This document shows, one piece after another, positions 10,786 through 22,731 of a stretch of 32,536 nucleotides of DNA (its first letter is position 1; every line of letters begins with the position of its first letter). Where the stretch lies: contig NW_021832166.1 in assembly GCF_006345805.1 (NCBI RefSeq), forward strand, positions 1-32,536, given 5' to 3'. The notes beneath the pieces are model-generated. The model had not been told where the DNA came from. It saw nothing but the letters and a program-made list of their open reading frames with translations, and searched no databases. The DNA is from Octopus sinensis. Taxonomy: Eukaryota. Both the position numbers and the translations under genes were made by a program.

Positions 10786-11375
10786 TTATATCTAATCTAT
10801 CTCTCTAAAAGATGCAAAGCAAGTAGCATTAAATGGTGAAGGGATGTGAGCAGAAAGAGAGTAAGTTCCATTCCAGTTACAACAATTATAGAATTATTCT
10901 CAAACCATAAATGAAGGGTGGAGAGGAGTGAAGGAGGAGTCATGTTTCCTCTGAGAGGTTACAGAAGTAATAAGCACTGAAAAGTGGAGTTTGCGTTATT
11001 ATTTTTGTTTCATAGTTTACAATTATTTCTACAAATTCATTTTGACTTATCTTCAATCATGTTTATAAAACGTGACCGCTGTGCCGTCCACTATAACATT
11101 GATTAATGTCTATATTTAAGCGGTAGACAAACACTTCAGCATATTATTTTTTGTAGAGAGTTGCGAGGGATCATTTCTATGAAGGGGTATCTGTACAACG
11201 GATATGACTACATCATTAATTGTGGAGTCGTTTAAAAACACAATGCAAGATTAAGTCAACATGGAATTTTTGAAACAATCATAAATTGTTCTATATTTTA
11301 GAGATGAGGAATTCTGTACAATATTTACATTTTTTACATTGGACGGATATTTGTCCTCATCTTGTTTGTTGCTAC

Positions 11376-11418
11376 CACAAAATTTCGGCTGATTTACTCT
11401 CCAGCCTTCATCAGGTGT
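11376..11418 (-). ncRNA. Minimal hammerhead-like motif with decayed helix III, within a Penelope-LTR-like fragment (~11250-11450)
   Basis: Minus strand reads ACAC-CTGATGA-A-GGCTG-GAGAGTAAAT-CAGCC-GAA-ATTT-T-GTGG. Confidence 0.6.
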
Positions 11419-11659
11419 CCTGGTAGAATTTTGAATCAAACCTAGGTTCTAAGGTGCCACGCAGTGTGAATGAACCCGAAACTATGTGGCTGGTATGGCC
11501 TGTCAGGGAGTCACCATGCTTTCGCGCCTTTTACGTTCTTAGCAGTGGGAGACGTCTATATTGCTAAGAGTATAAAAAGTGTGTGAAACCAATGGTAACG
11601 TCCTGACTGGTCGTAAACCACAACTACATTAGATATTACTACGATAATCTAAAAAAAAC

Positions 11660-12028
<369 letters not shown>

Positions 12029-12059
12029 TATATGTTATATATATATATGTATATATATA

Positions 12060-12155
12060 CACGTCCCCGTAACTTAGCGTTTTGGAAAAGAAACCGATAG
12101 AATAAGTGCTAGGGTTCCAAAGAGTAAGTCCTGGGGTCGATTTCTATAACTAAAA
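12060..12155 (+). mobile_element. SINE family A, 3' fragment
   Basis: ACGTCCCCGTAACTTAGCG..GATAGAATAAGT..CCTGGGGTCGAT. Confidence 0.8.
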
Positions 12156-12167
12156 AACTTCAAACTC

Positions 12168-12210
12168 TGCTTGTTGTTCTTCACCTGTCTTCGTCGTTTG
12201 TTTCTGTAAA
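12168..12210 (-). repeat. Short dispersed repeat, also at ~8757-8812 (-) and ~13205-13260 (+)
   Basis: All three share AAA(A/C)GACGAAGACA(G/T)G. Confidence 0.6.
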
Positions 12211-12712
12211 TTTGAACTACACACACACCGCGCGCGTACACTCACACACACACACACGCACACATACACACACACACATATATATATATATAGGTAAAAG
12301 ATTAATGAGTGCGTGCGTTACATAAATAATATCTTCAGGATTAAATAAAAAGACAAACAAACGGAAAATATGACATATCTATCTATATATAATTAAAAAA
12401 TAAACGTATTGTAAATAAAACAACGAAACACATACTAAATGCACAGGTGAACAGAAAACACACAAGGTCACAAATTCTTCATCAGTTATCAGCAAGAGGA
12501 GTCAAACGCAATTTCGGGCATTATCGATAATATTGTTTCTTTCGCTGTTCGCAAAAAAGTTCGTATTCCATATTTTCGTTTTTCGTATTTCCTGTGTTTA
12601 CCTTCTGTGACGTCCTGTACCCATAATGCATATGTATATACATATATGTAAGTATATATACATAGACACATACATACATACATACATACATACTACATAC
12701 ATACATACAACA

Positions 12713-12744
<32 letters not shown>

Positions 12745-12978
12745 CTATATATATATATATATATATATGACATTATCTATAAACATTACAATTGTTTCGA
12801 CACATTTTACACTTGTTCATTGGTGAGATGTTTGTAATCATTATCACCAATTCAAGGTGTGAAATGCACCTTCTTTGAGTAAGACTTTATACGAGCTTTA
12901 TATAGCATACCACAAGGGTTTTACCCGTATGTGTATATGTATAAAGGCGGAGCAAGAGTACACACGAAGACAGAAAGT

Positions 12979-13020
12979 GTCGCTGAAGAGTTCACAGAGG
13001 TGTGACGAAAGATTTCGGAC
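12979..13020 (+). ncRNA. Minimal hammerhead-like motif
   Basis: GTCG-CTGAAGA-GTTCAC-AGAGGT-GTGAC-GAA-AGATTT-C-GGAC: intact core; helix III is one change from the palindrome AGATCT; G.G mismatch at the base of helix I. Confidence 0.55.
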
Positions 13021-13275
13021 GATAAACATAAATTAGAATAAGAACAGTAATAAATGAGTGAAAAGGGAATTATATAGTGCGCCTGTTTATTTGGCAAAAG
13101 AGGGAAAAAATAACTATCTCGAAATACAACAATATCTGTTTCAACGCCACGGTTTCACGTCAAGAATCTTGCAGCAAACATATATAAAAGGATATATTTA
13201 CAGAAAACAACAAAAGACGAAGACAGGTGCAGGAATAACAAGCAGGTGCATTAGTTTGACTGAATATATATAGAG

Positions 13276-13374
13276 AATACCAAACGAGTTCCCTATGGAT
13301 ACCGTATTTATTACAACGAGTGGCTGTAAACGAGTTGTAATAAATACGATTTCCATAGGAATGAGTTTGGTATT
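13276..13374. repeat. Imperfect ~45-bp inverted repeat (MITE-like)
   Basis: AATACCAAAC..CCTATGGA..CGTATTTATTACAAC pairs with GTTGTAATAAATACG..TCCATAGG..GTTTGGTATT. Confidence 0.85.
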
Positions 13375-13468
13375 TTATTTATTACACACAAATAAACGAC
13401 CATATTTTAACCCAATAACTAATTCTTCACGTTTAGTTTTGTAACTTATGAATGACAAAAGTAGTACC

Positions 13469-13571
13469 GTCACCGTGACGTCGGGTCATCACCATGGATT
13501 GACCAATCAGAGCAGCGCTGTCACCGTGACCTCGGGTCATCACCATGGATTGACCAATCAGAAGCAGCGCT
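13469..13571 (+). repeat. Tandem duplication of a 51/52-bp unit containing a CCAAT box
   Basis: GTCACCGTGAC(G/C)TCGGGTCATCACCATGGATTGACCAATCAGA(A)GCAGCGCT occurs twice. Confidence 0.95.
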
Positions 13572-13784
13572 CGCAGTATCTGACATATGTTAGATACCAA
13601 AAATATCTCAAAGTGTTCTCACTCACATGTGTGTTAATAAATAAATATATATATATATTATAATAGATATATATAATATATATTATATATATATTATATA
13701 GTTTATATTTATATATATATATATATCTATATATAGATATATGATATATTATATATAATATATTAATATACATATATAAATGTA

Positions 13785-13859
13785 GTATAGAAGGCCATCT
13801 TATCACGCAACCACATTGGATCCCCAATGTGGTTAGCCATGATAAGATGGCTTCTATAC
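13785..13859. repeat. Imperfect ~35-bp hairpin
   Basis: GTATAGAAGGCCATCTTATCA..AACCACATTGG-ATCC-CCAATGTGGTT..TGATAAGATGGCTTCTATAC. Confidence 0.9.
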
Positions 13860-13934
13860 ATTACATTATCGAGCGATTACTGTTTCAATCTCATTCGAGA
13901 TTTAATTATGCTAATATATATATATATATTAAAC

Positions 13935-13999
13935 ATAAGGGCGTTAGCCATCCGAATGTGGCTAGGGACAGCCACATTCGGATGGCTAACGTCCCTTAT
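13935..13999. repeat. Hairpin with a perfect 22-bp stem, extended by 7 bp after a 1-nt bulge
   Basis: CGTTAGCCATCCGAATGTGGCT-AGGGAC-AGCCACATTCGGATGGCTAACG, flanked by ATAAGGG and T-CCCTTAT. Confidence 0.95.
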
Positions 14000-14110
14000 T
14001 TATGGAGTAGTTATGTATATATATTACCCTCGTTTAGAGAATGATTATTGCTTTATATATATATATAATATATAATAATATATATATATATATATATAAT
14101 ATATATATAT

Positions 14111-14292
14111 AAATTAGAAAAAAAAACACCTTTTATCAATTCATGATATATACGATTTATTTATTATTTTGCACATTACTTAATCATCGGTATATATTGT
14201 ATTTTATATTTAATATTTCTATTATATGTAATGTCTAGATGTGTAATTTAATTGTTCATTTTGAATTGATAAAAGGTGTTTTTTTCTAATTT
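14111..14292. mobile_element. Small foldback/MITE with ~32-bp inverted ends inside (TA)n
   Basis: AAATTAG(A)9CACCTTTTATCAATTCA ... TGAATTGATAAAAGGTG(T)7CTAATTT. Confidence 0.75.
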
Positions 14293-14377
14293 ATATATAT
14301 ATATATTATATTTTGTGAAATTTGATTTAGTATTTCGAAATTGAATTTTTCTCGGTAAGTTATGAATAATATCCCTC

Positions 14378-14422
<45 letters not shown>

Positions 14423-14756
14423 TATATATATAATATATATATATAAACACTGTATATATATATGTATATATAATAATTAATAAGGGTGAGAGAGAATTAG
14501 ATACTAATTTAATAGTATATCTATTCAACACCAAGTGGCCTAGTGCTCCGAGAAACCTGGACTGGATTATAATATTTTATAATATATATAATATTTTACA
14601 AAATAAATATAAGAGAGTGGTCACTATATGGCTCACTCTAGCACCAGTTAATCCAAAAGGTTTCAACCACAAAAAATACATGTTTCCCATGAAAGTCCAG
14701 TACGATTGTTAGCTCACACGGACAGGGCAAATAAAAAATAACAAAAATACAGATTA

Positions 14757-14839
14757 TTTTGGGCACAATTGTTTCGCTATTAATGAATTAAATGTAATTT
14801 TACTTACAAAAAAATCCACTTGTAGCTCGTCAGCCAAAA
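14757..14839 (-). ncRNA. Hammerhead-like motif with a long helix II loop, within a Penelope-LTR-like fragment (~14520-14910)
   Basis: Minus strand reads TTTTGG-CTGACGA-GCTA..TAGC-GAA-ACAATTGT-GC-CCAAAA; one extra nucleotide at the cleavage site. Confidence 0.6.
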
Positions 14840-14920
14840 CTATCTGGATGAAATCCACTCAATCACACGCCAGATTTTACCATAACGATAAATACGCGTG
14901 TGGTTCAATTGATTGTATAT

Positions 14921-14962
<42 letters not shown>

Positions 14963-15016
14963 ATTATATATAGTATATATATATACTGATATATGTGTAT
15001 GGGTGTATATATATAA

Positions 15017-15407
15017 TCTTATATATAAAGTGAAGTTGTGTGTGTCTGTCTACGATTTAGATTCCTAACTACTCCCTCATTTTGCGGTGCAGTGTAACCA
15101 AAAGCGGGTATCTTATAGTTGTGATTCATATCGAGCCCTTCTGGGTATTAGCGCACGTCTACGATGAGTTTACGATTAAAAAAAAATTACCATAATTTTT
15201 TCCGCATTTTTAATGCATTTTCGCTTGGTTTATATAAGGGAAGTAACTCTCTAAAATGTATTATTAAATCTCAGAATGTAAAAAGCTACAGTAACACCCC
15301 CCCCCCCTTTGTGGTTAGCCATATTGAGATGGCTATTATATTTATCTCTAAAAATGCTTATAAGTTATTTCCCTTACAAACCCGAGCAACGCCGGCGACA
15401 CTGCTAG
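15017..15407 (+). mobile_element. Non-autonomous Helitron, same family as 10393, 391 bp
   Basis: A^TC start, CTAG^T end, subterminal CCCGAGCAACGCCGG hairpin; colinear with the 10393 copy except one internal module. Confidence 0.85.
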
Positions 15408-15457
15408 TACATATATATATATATCATATATATATATAATATATATATTAATAATAT

Positions 15458-15585
15458 ACTCTTTTTATCGTTATTTGTTACAGTCATTTGACTTTGGCCA
15501 TGCTGGAGACAGCCTTTAGTCGAGCAATCGACTCTAGGGATTATTCTTTGTAAGCCTAGTAATTATTCTATCGATCTGTTTTGGC
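15458..15585 (-). mobile_element. SINE family A, 3' fragment
   Basis: CAGTCATTTGAC..GGCCATGCTGGAG..TTTAGTCGAGCAATCGAC..TTATTCTTTGTAAGCCTAGTA. Confidence 0.8.
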
Positions 15586-16139
15586 ACACACACACACATA
15601 CCACACACACACACACACATGATATACACATACGCACACACACTCACACACGTATACACACACACATCTTGTTGCTTCTTGGGAGGGTCATTATGCCAAT
15701 AACGATATGGTTACACATCTGACCACTTCGTAATCGATCGTTTGTTTAATGTGCTGGTTAAACAATCAAGGTTTATTTCTTCGTAAATGTCCGTTCGTCG
15801 CTATTTTGCGCGACCTTTTCAATAGCTTGTCCTTTCTCTTCAACGTCTGCCTGAATTTGGCCCGCGAATTAATCTTATGTCTGCGTGCATGCATGCCTTC
15901 TATGTGTGTGTAGATGTGTGTTTGCTTAGAAGAATAAGGATGAGATGAAAGGAGATTATGTGCGTGCGTGCGAGTGTGTATGTGTGTGTGTGTGTGCGTG
16001 CGTATGTGTTGTGGTTGTGTGTACACTCGTGTGACTACTTGCATGTGTATGTGTACGTGTGTGTTAGTGTGTGTAGCCATCTATGACTAGGTATGTGTAT
16101 GTATAACTGTATCTATATACGCACATAGTTTATATGCAA

Positions 16140-16370
16140 GAGGCGGCGAGCTGGCAGAAGCGTTTAGCACGCGGGCGAAATGCTTAGCAGTATTTCGTCT
16201 GCCGCTACGTTCTGAGTTCAAATTCCGCCGAGGTCGACTTTGCCTTTCATCCTCTCGGGGTCGATAAATAAAGTACCAGTTTCGCACTGGGTCGATGTAA
16301 TCGACTTAATCGTTTGTCTGTCCTTGTTTTGTCCCCTCTTGTTTAGCCCCTTGTGGGTAGTAAAGAAAAT
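16140..16370 (+). mobile_element. tRNA-derived SINE family B, full length (Meta-domain-like TTTCATCCTCTCGGGGTCGATAAATAAAGTACCAG)
   Basis: tRNA-like head, B-box-like GAGTTCAAATTCC, central domain, tail CCCCTTGTGGGTAGTAAAGAAA. The Meta-domain assignment is from memory of MetaSINE-type sequences. Confidence 0.85.
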
Positions 16371-16395
16371 ATATATCATGTAATATGTGAATAGA

Positions 16396-16545
16396 AGCAG
16401 GCGTGACTGTGTTGTAAGCCGTCCCGGGTTCAGTCCAGCTGCGTGGCACTTTGAGCGGGTGTTTCTCTACTATAGCCCTGAGTCGACTAAACCCTTGTGA
16501 GTAGATGTGGTTGACGGAATCTGAAAAAGCTCATCATATATGTGT
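16396..16545 (+). mobile_element. Diverged SINE family A, 5' half
   Basis: CCCGGGTTCAGTCC..CTGCGTGGCAC..CTACTATAGCCC..CCTTGTGAGT. Confidence 0.75.
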
Positions 16546-16625
16546 TTATCAATATTTAGGAGAAGCAACAGAGTGACTCGAGGGGCGAGAGTTTCGTTCA
16601 TTGACACTTGTCAAACTACACACAC

Positions 16626-16665
<40 letters not shown>

Positions 16666-16669
16666 AAGC

Positions 16670-16835
16670 ATGAGTGCTGGTGGTAAGTAGCCTGCTTACC
16701 AACCACATGGTTCTGGGTTCAGCCCCATTGCGTGACGCCTTGGTCTTCTACTAGAGCCTCAGGCCAACCAAGCCTTGTGAGTGAATTTGGTAGACGGAAA
16801 AGGGAACTGTGTGTGTGTTTGTGTTTTGCCCCCCG
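16670..16835 (+). mobile_element. Diverged SINE family A, 5' half
   Basis: GTGGTAAGTAGCCTGCTTACCAACCACATGGTTCTGGGTTCAG..GTGAGTGAATTTGGTAGACGGAAA. Confidence 0.8.
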
Positions 16836-17040
16836 ATGGTGGCATGTATATACATAATATTATTGTTCTTTCTTGCGGCGAAAATATAGAATTAATTTAA
16901 AGAAGTGTTCGGGTCGAAACAAGTAAAAGAATAAAAGAAAGAGAAAGAAAAGAAGAATATATATATATATGTACATTTTTACTTTTATATACATATTTAT
17001 ATTTATTGCATATCTTTTACTTATTTATATTTATATATAA

Positions 17041-17140
17041 CTAGCAGAGATACCCGGCGTTGCCCGATTACATTCAATTGGAGAATTAGACTTTTCTGTT
17101 ATATCTTCTGTGATGAACTGGAATATCTATGTTTCGAATT
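17041..17140 (-). mobile_element. Helitron-like 3' end; 5' extent unknown, possibly to ~18150-18340
   Basis: Minus strand ends CGGGCAACGCCGGGTATCTCTGCTAG^T, the same hairpin-plus-CTAG design as 10393 and 15017. Confidence 0.6.
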
Positions 17141-18355
17141 TCATCAAAATTGCAGATGAGGGTATTTCAATCTTTACACACCCTAAAAAATTGTAATCGT
17201 GCCACATGTATCCCATATCCTGATTTTTATGCGCATATTCCAAAATTCCAGTCTTATTTAACTTGTTAAAAGATTTTGTTCCTGAAAAATGAAGGTCATG
17301 GAGCTCTAAAATGTGAGAGTTAAGGCCCTGTTGGGGGGTAGGCATCTTAATGTCAACCAGAGAAGTTGAATTGTTGGAAATCTTTTTAACTTGGGTCTTA
17401 TATCTATTGTTTGAATTTCTTTGAAATAGGAAATATATGTTCACTGGGTTTGTAAAAGAGAGCAAAGCTACAGGAAACAAAAAGACGAATGATCACAATA
17501 AGCAGTCATTACCCTCCCTAGTCGTTACCACTCCTAATATAGGATTCTCACCATCCAGGTGACATGCACAGCCGTAAGATGCATTACGAATCTATAGCAA
17601 TTGGAAGGGGTGACCCAACTGAAATCAACATTAACAACTGTTTGACGTGAGAGCTAAGGAGAAATGAAAGTGTCACCTCTGTAGTTTGCAAATGACCACT
17701 ATACTGATACGTAACTGGACAGAATAAATTTAAAATCTATAAATGTCTTCGAATAACCAGTCACTCATCTGGGAAGGCCTTGAAATCAATGTTACCATCT
17801 GGGGACTATGTGTGACCGAGTGATAAATAAAAGACTGAAGGAGGTCTGCAATCAAATAAATTTTACTCTACACTTTGCAACTGAATCAGTGGAGGCAAAG
17901 ATGCCTCTCATTTACTTGACAATTTATGCAGCACATTGCAGAAATCACAATGTAAGTGTATGTCAAAGCAAACTGTTACTCTGTTGTACCATTGAATTAC
18001 AAATAATGCTCATCTTTTATGCTCGGGTAACCCTACAGCTTCCAAGAGCACAACTGTATTTCATTTTTGGCTTAGATAAAATGACAAAATTGTAGATGTT
18101 AAGTCCCCATGGAGGGGTCTTTCTTAACTTTGTAAGATGAATTTTTATAGATATTACTTCATTTGTGTCTAATGTCTATGGTTAAAATTTCATCAACAGC
18201 AAAAATATATGAATTGTCATGGGCGTTATGGCCCTTATGCATAGAATATAATTTCCAAATTTCATAAAGATCCATTCAGTACTTTTGACCAAGTTTTGGA
18301 TCATAAAAGAAATTACTAAAATTTGGGATTTATGGCTCCCATTAGGGTGTTATAT

Positions 18356-18574
18356 ACTCAGCTGTAGAAATGAGTTGCGACGTCACAGGTGCCAAGCTGT
18401 ATCGACCTTTGTCTTTCCCTTGGATAACACTGGTGGCGTGGAGAGGGGAGGCCGGTATGCATGGGCGACTGCTGGTCTTCCATAAAAAAACCTTGCCCAG
18501 ACTTGTGCCTCAGAGGTAACTCTCTAGGTGCCAAACCATGGTCCACTCATGACCGAAGGGGGTCTTTACCCTTT
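18356..18574 (+). mobile_element. SINE family D, 5'-truncated
   Basis: Matches the reverse complement of 25468-25690. Confidence 0.85.
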
Positions 18575-19027
18575 ATATATATATATATTATATATATAGT
18601 ATATATATATATATGAGGAAGTAATATGTATGATTATAATAAATATGTGTGTGTGTGTGTGTGTGGTGTGTGTGTTAGGAACGTATATATGTTATGTATG
18701 TACGTATGTACTGAATGAATCTATGTATGTTTGATATATTGTGTGTATATATTTATGTACGCATGCATATCTGTATCTGCATGCTTTATTATATGTATGT
18801 ATGTATGTATGAATGTATGTATATATATATATATATATATATGAGTGCAACGTATATATTTTTGTGCATTTAAGTAGATGTATATATGCGGCAGTGTGTG
18901 TATGTTTGTATGTATGTGTTTAGGTTTTTAAGCTGTCAATCCAACAGTCAGTAAAACGCAGTTAGGTGGGCTATACGTACGAATATATAGGTGTTTCGTA
19001 TGTTTTATAATCGTTATATGTTTATGC

Positions 19028-19069
<42 letters not shown>

Positions 19070-19759
19070 ACACATAAACACACCTACATACATATATTTG
19101 CATGCGTTTTTCTGTATATATCTGAGGAAGTTCTGTTCTTGGGTAGTGGATTGGATGTGTGTGTGTGTGAATATATGCGAGCAGTATATATTCAGCTACC
19201 ATAAGCCAGCCTAGACTGACCACGTGCTCTGACATGTGACTAACAGTTCTGTCTATTCTGACAGCTTACTACTACTACTTACTACTACTACTACTACTAC
19301 TCCCAACAAACATCCGGTAGCATAGACACACATGGGTGCTTTTGTGTATGTATGTATGTATGTATGTATGTATGTATGTATGTATGTATGCACAAAGAGA
19401 TAAAGGATATATATCTATATAAACACACACACACATACTCACCCCAACACAAACACACACACACACTCGCATATATATTTATACATATTACACACACGGA
19501 TAATATGTACAAATTATGTGTGTGTGTGTATTTCATAGACATACATAAACACATACATAGATAGGTAGATACATAATACATACATAGGGTTCGATAGATA
19601 GATAGATACATACATACATGCATACATACATAGATACATACATACATACATACATACATACATACATACATACATACATACATACATACATACATACTTA
19701 CATAAGTAGACAGATTGAAAGATAGGCGTGTGTGAATATATATATATTATATATATATA

Positions 19760-19944
19760 TTTACGTCTCTCAATCATTAGACTGTGGCCATGTTGGGGCA
19801 CCCACCTTGAAGAATTTTAGACGAACGAATCGACCCCAGTTCTTATTTTCTGTTAAGCCTAGTACCTATTGTACCAGATTCTTTTGCCGAACCGCTAAGT
19901 TAAGGAAACACACAAGCCAACACAGGTTGTTAACAGGTGGAGGA

Positions 19945-19982
<38 letters not shown>

Positions 19983-20152
19983 ATCTATGTATGTGTACAT
20001 ACTCGAATGTCTTATTTCAGTTTCTGTCAACGAAATTCACTTAATCGGCCCGTGACTATAGTAGAAGGCACTTGACCAAGATGCCACGCAGAGGGACTGA
20101 ACCCGGAGCCTAATGGTTGAGAAGCAAGCTTCTTAGCGCACAGCCACACTGC
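19760..20152 (-). mobile_element. Diverged SINE family A
   Basis: Tail, internal (CA)n and head all recognisable in reverse. Confidence 0.8.
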
Positions 20153-20339
20153 TTTTATGAGCGCACTCAAAAACCGTTTCCCGTAAACGAACTTAAAGGA
20201 TGGACTTATATGTATATAGGCATACCAACACAAATATATCCCCCCGCCTATTTTATTGCCTCATAACTTCCAGAAATATGAATATCTTCTAACAAAAATG
20301 TCTACAAATATGCTTCAGATGGTGTAGATTCTGACTATA

Positions 20340-20587
20340 TTGTAATCCCTCGCTATATCGCGATTCACTTATCGCGGTTCACATATCGCGGTTCACCTAT
20401 CGCGGTTTATTATTTAAGCTTGCGTCGATTCCTCCGTGGTGTTGTTTTGCATTTATAATAAAATAAATATATACAAATTATAAAAATAATGAAAAATAAA
20501 ATAATACAGAACTGTTTCTACTTCGCGAATTTTCACCTATCGCGGGGTGGGGGGATTGTAACCCGCGCGATAGTCGAAGGATTACTG
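20340..20587. mobile_element. Tc1/mariner-superfamily (Tigger/pogo-like) MITE with TA target duplication
   Basis: TA|TTGTAATCCCTCGCTATATCGCG ... CGCGATAGTCGAAGGATTACTG|TA; internal 14-bp TATCGCGGTTCACN repeats. Confidence 0.75.
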
Positions 20588-20835
20588 TATTGGAATTTAT
20601 GGCGAAAACTTTTTATGAGTGTGTTGTGGGGGGTTTCAGAAAGTGCACACGACTCAGCTTTGTTTCCTCATAACTTTCAGAGAAATGGGTAATTTAAGAC
20701 TTTTCAACCGTAAGTATGGAAAACAATTAAATTTTGGAAAAATTAAAAGAGAATTCAAATACAAGGGGCATTTTCCTTTTTTCTGCCTGTCTCTGTCTCT
20801 CTTGTTTACCCTTGTGGGTTCGAGGTCGTTGTGTA

Positions 20836-20995
<160 letters not shown>

Positions 20996-21171
20996 TACTG
21001 TTGGATTTTACTCATAAGGTATTGAGATCTTACATATAAACCATTCTGCCTAAAAAATGGATCTACAAATGCAATATCCCTACATATCTCACATCTATTT
21101 TCTTTCCTCCACCTCACTCTCTATTTTGTATCCTATCTAAATTAACTATTACTTAATTTTCCCCTCACACT

Positions 21172-21223
21172 GTCTCCGATGAAGGGATATAATTAATAAA
21201 TCTCCTAGAAACAGCTGTAAGAC
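21172..21223 (+). ncRNA. Minimal type I hammerhead-like motif with perfect palindromic helix III
   Basis: GTCT-CCGATGA-AGGGAT..ATCTCCT-A-GAA-ACAGCTGT-A-AGAC; U4C variant and one extra A before GAAA; GUA triplet. The downstream flank recurs at ~24026-24080. Confidence 0.65.
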
Positions 21224-21287
21224 CTATCTATAAATGTTCTAATATCTACACAGCCTTGGTTTTTTATCTCATTACGCAAAAAATCCT

Positions 21288-21320
<33 letters not shown>

Positions 21321-21561
21321 ATATATATATATATATATAAATAATAGAAATATTAAAATTACTAAGTCTCTCTAAAAGAGATCGCGACAGCGCTACTGGA
21401 AATTAATTGATATCGCCATACTAATATGGTAGTCTTATATAAGACTAAAACTGTCGCTTATTAGCTCCATGAGGCCATCTGCCTTAAGATAGCTACTTGA
21501 TACACAAACTGTATCCATTTTATCCATTTTAAACTGTATCACACACACACAAATATATATT

Positions 21562-21600
<39 letters not shown>

Positions 21601-21969
21601 CTGTGTGTGTGTCTGTCTGTCTGTCTGTCTGTGTGCGTTAATAACTCATGGGCATTTTGTAACTAGCTAATTTCCTTTGTCATATATATATATCTATATG
21701 TATATAAACGTGCTTATACTTATATAGACATGTATTGTCATTGATAACGTATAAAATCCTGTGATAAAAATAAAATTTTGTCGATTTAAAAAGAAACAGG
21801 AATGTGAACTATAACGAAAAAAGCGGGCAACTAACAATAGTTTTAAATCTATTTATATACTAAATATACTAAATATAAAACTTGCTTGCCCTATAATGCA
21901 GAGTCAATTTTCCCAGGCAAACTTTCGATCACGTTTTGCCAGTCATCTGGACTTTCGTACTTGTAATTT

Positions 21970-22276
21970 TTATCTTACTTACTTTAGTCATTAGACTGCG
22001 GCCATGCTGGGGCCCAGCCTTGATGGGTTTTAGTACTTGTTTTTTGGGTCAGCCTTGTACTTATTCTATCTCTTTTACTTGTTTCAGTCATTTGACTGTG
22101 GCCATGTGTGGAGCACCGCCTTTACTCGAGCATATCGACCCCAGGACTTATTCTTTGCAAGCCTAGTACTTATTCTATCGGTCTTTTTTGCTGAACTGCT
22201 AGTTGACGGGGACGTAAACACACCAGCATCAGTTGTCAAGCGATGTTGGGGTGGGAGGCCAAACACAGACACACAG

Positions 22277-22318
<42 letters not shown>

Positions 22319-22322
22319 ACGC

Positions 22323-22365
<43 letters not shown>

Positions 22366-22538
22366 CATATATACGACGGGCTTCTTTCAGTTTCCGTCTA
22401 CCAAATTCACTCACAAGGTTTTGGTTTGGCCCGAGGCTATAGTAGAAGACACTTGCCCGAGGTGCCACGCAGTGGGACTGGACCTGGAACCATGTGGTTC
22501 GTAAGCAAGCTTGTTACCACACAGCCACTCCTACGCCT
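21970..22538 (-). mobile_element. SINE family A (22060-22538) plus an adjacent extra tail fragment (21970-22060)
   Basis: Reverse complement of family A; two CAGTCATT(T/A)GACTG(T/C)GGCCATG segments. Confidence 0.85.
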
Positions 22539-22539
22539 G

Positions 22540-22731
22540 CTTAACTGCTAAGTTAAGGGGGTGTAAACAAACCAACACCAGTTGCCGAGCGGTGGGGGGG
22601 ACACACGAAGACACTCACACTCGCGCGCTCGTGCCGGGGCTTATAACAAAAGACATCTGCCCAAGATGCCGCGTAGTGAGATTGAACCCAAAACCTCAAG
22701 GTTGCAAAGTGAGCTTCTTAACCACACAGCC
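22540..22731 (-). mobile_element. Old, diverged and deleted family A-like SINE
   Basis: CTAAGTTAAGGGGGTGTAAACAAACCAACACC..GCCCAAGATGCCGCGTAGTGAGATTGAACCC..TTCTTAACCACACAGCC. Confidence 0.65.

Noticed and set aside
12440-12520. CTGATGA and GAAA on the minus strand
   Set aside because: They occur in an order and with helices that do not assemble into one hammerhead.
12786-12880. Minus-strand GAAACAATTGTA with a long upstream hairpin
   Set aside because: Core reads CTCAAAGA and helix I does not pair; mentioned only as support for the 14757 family.
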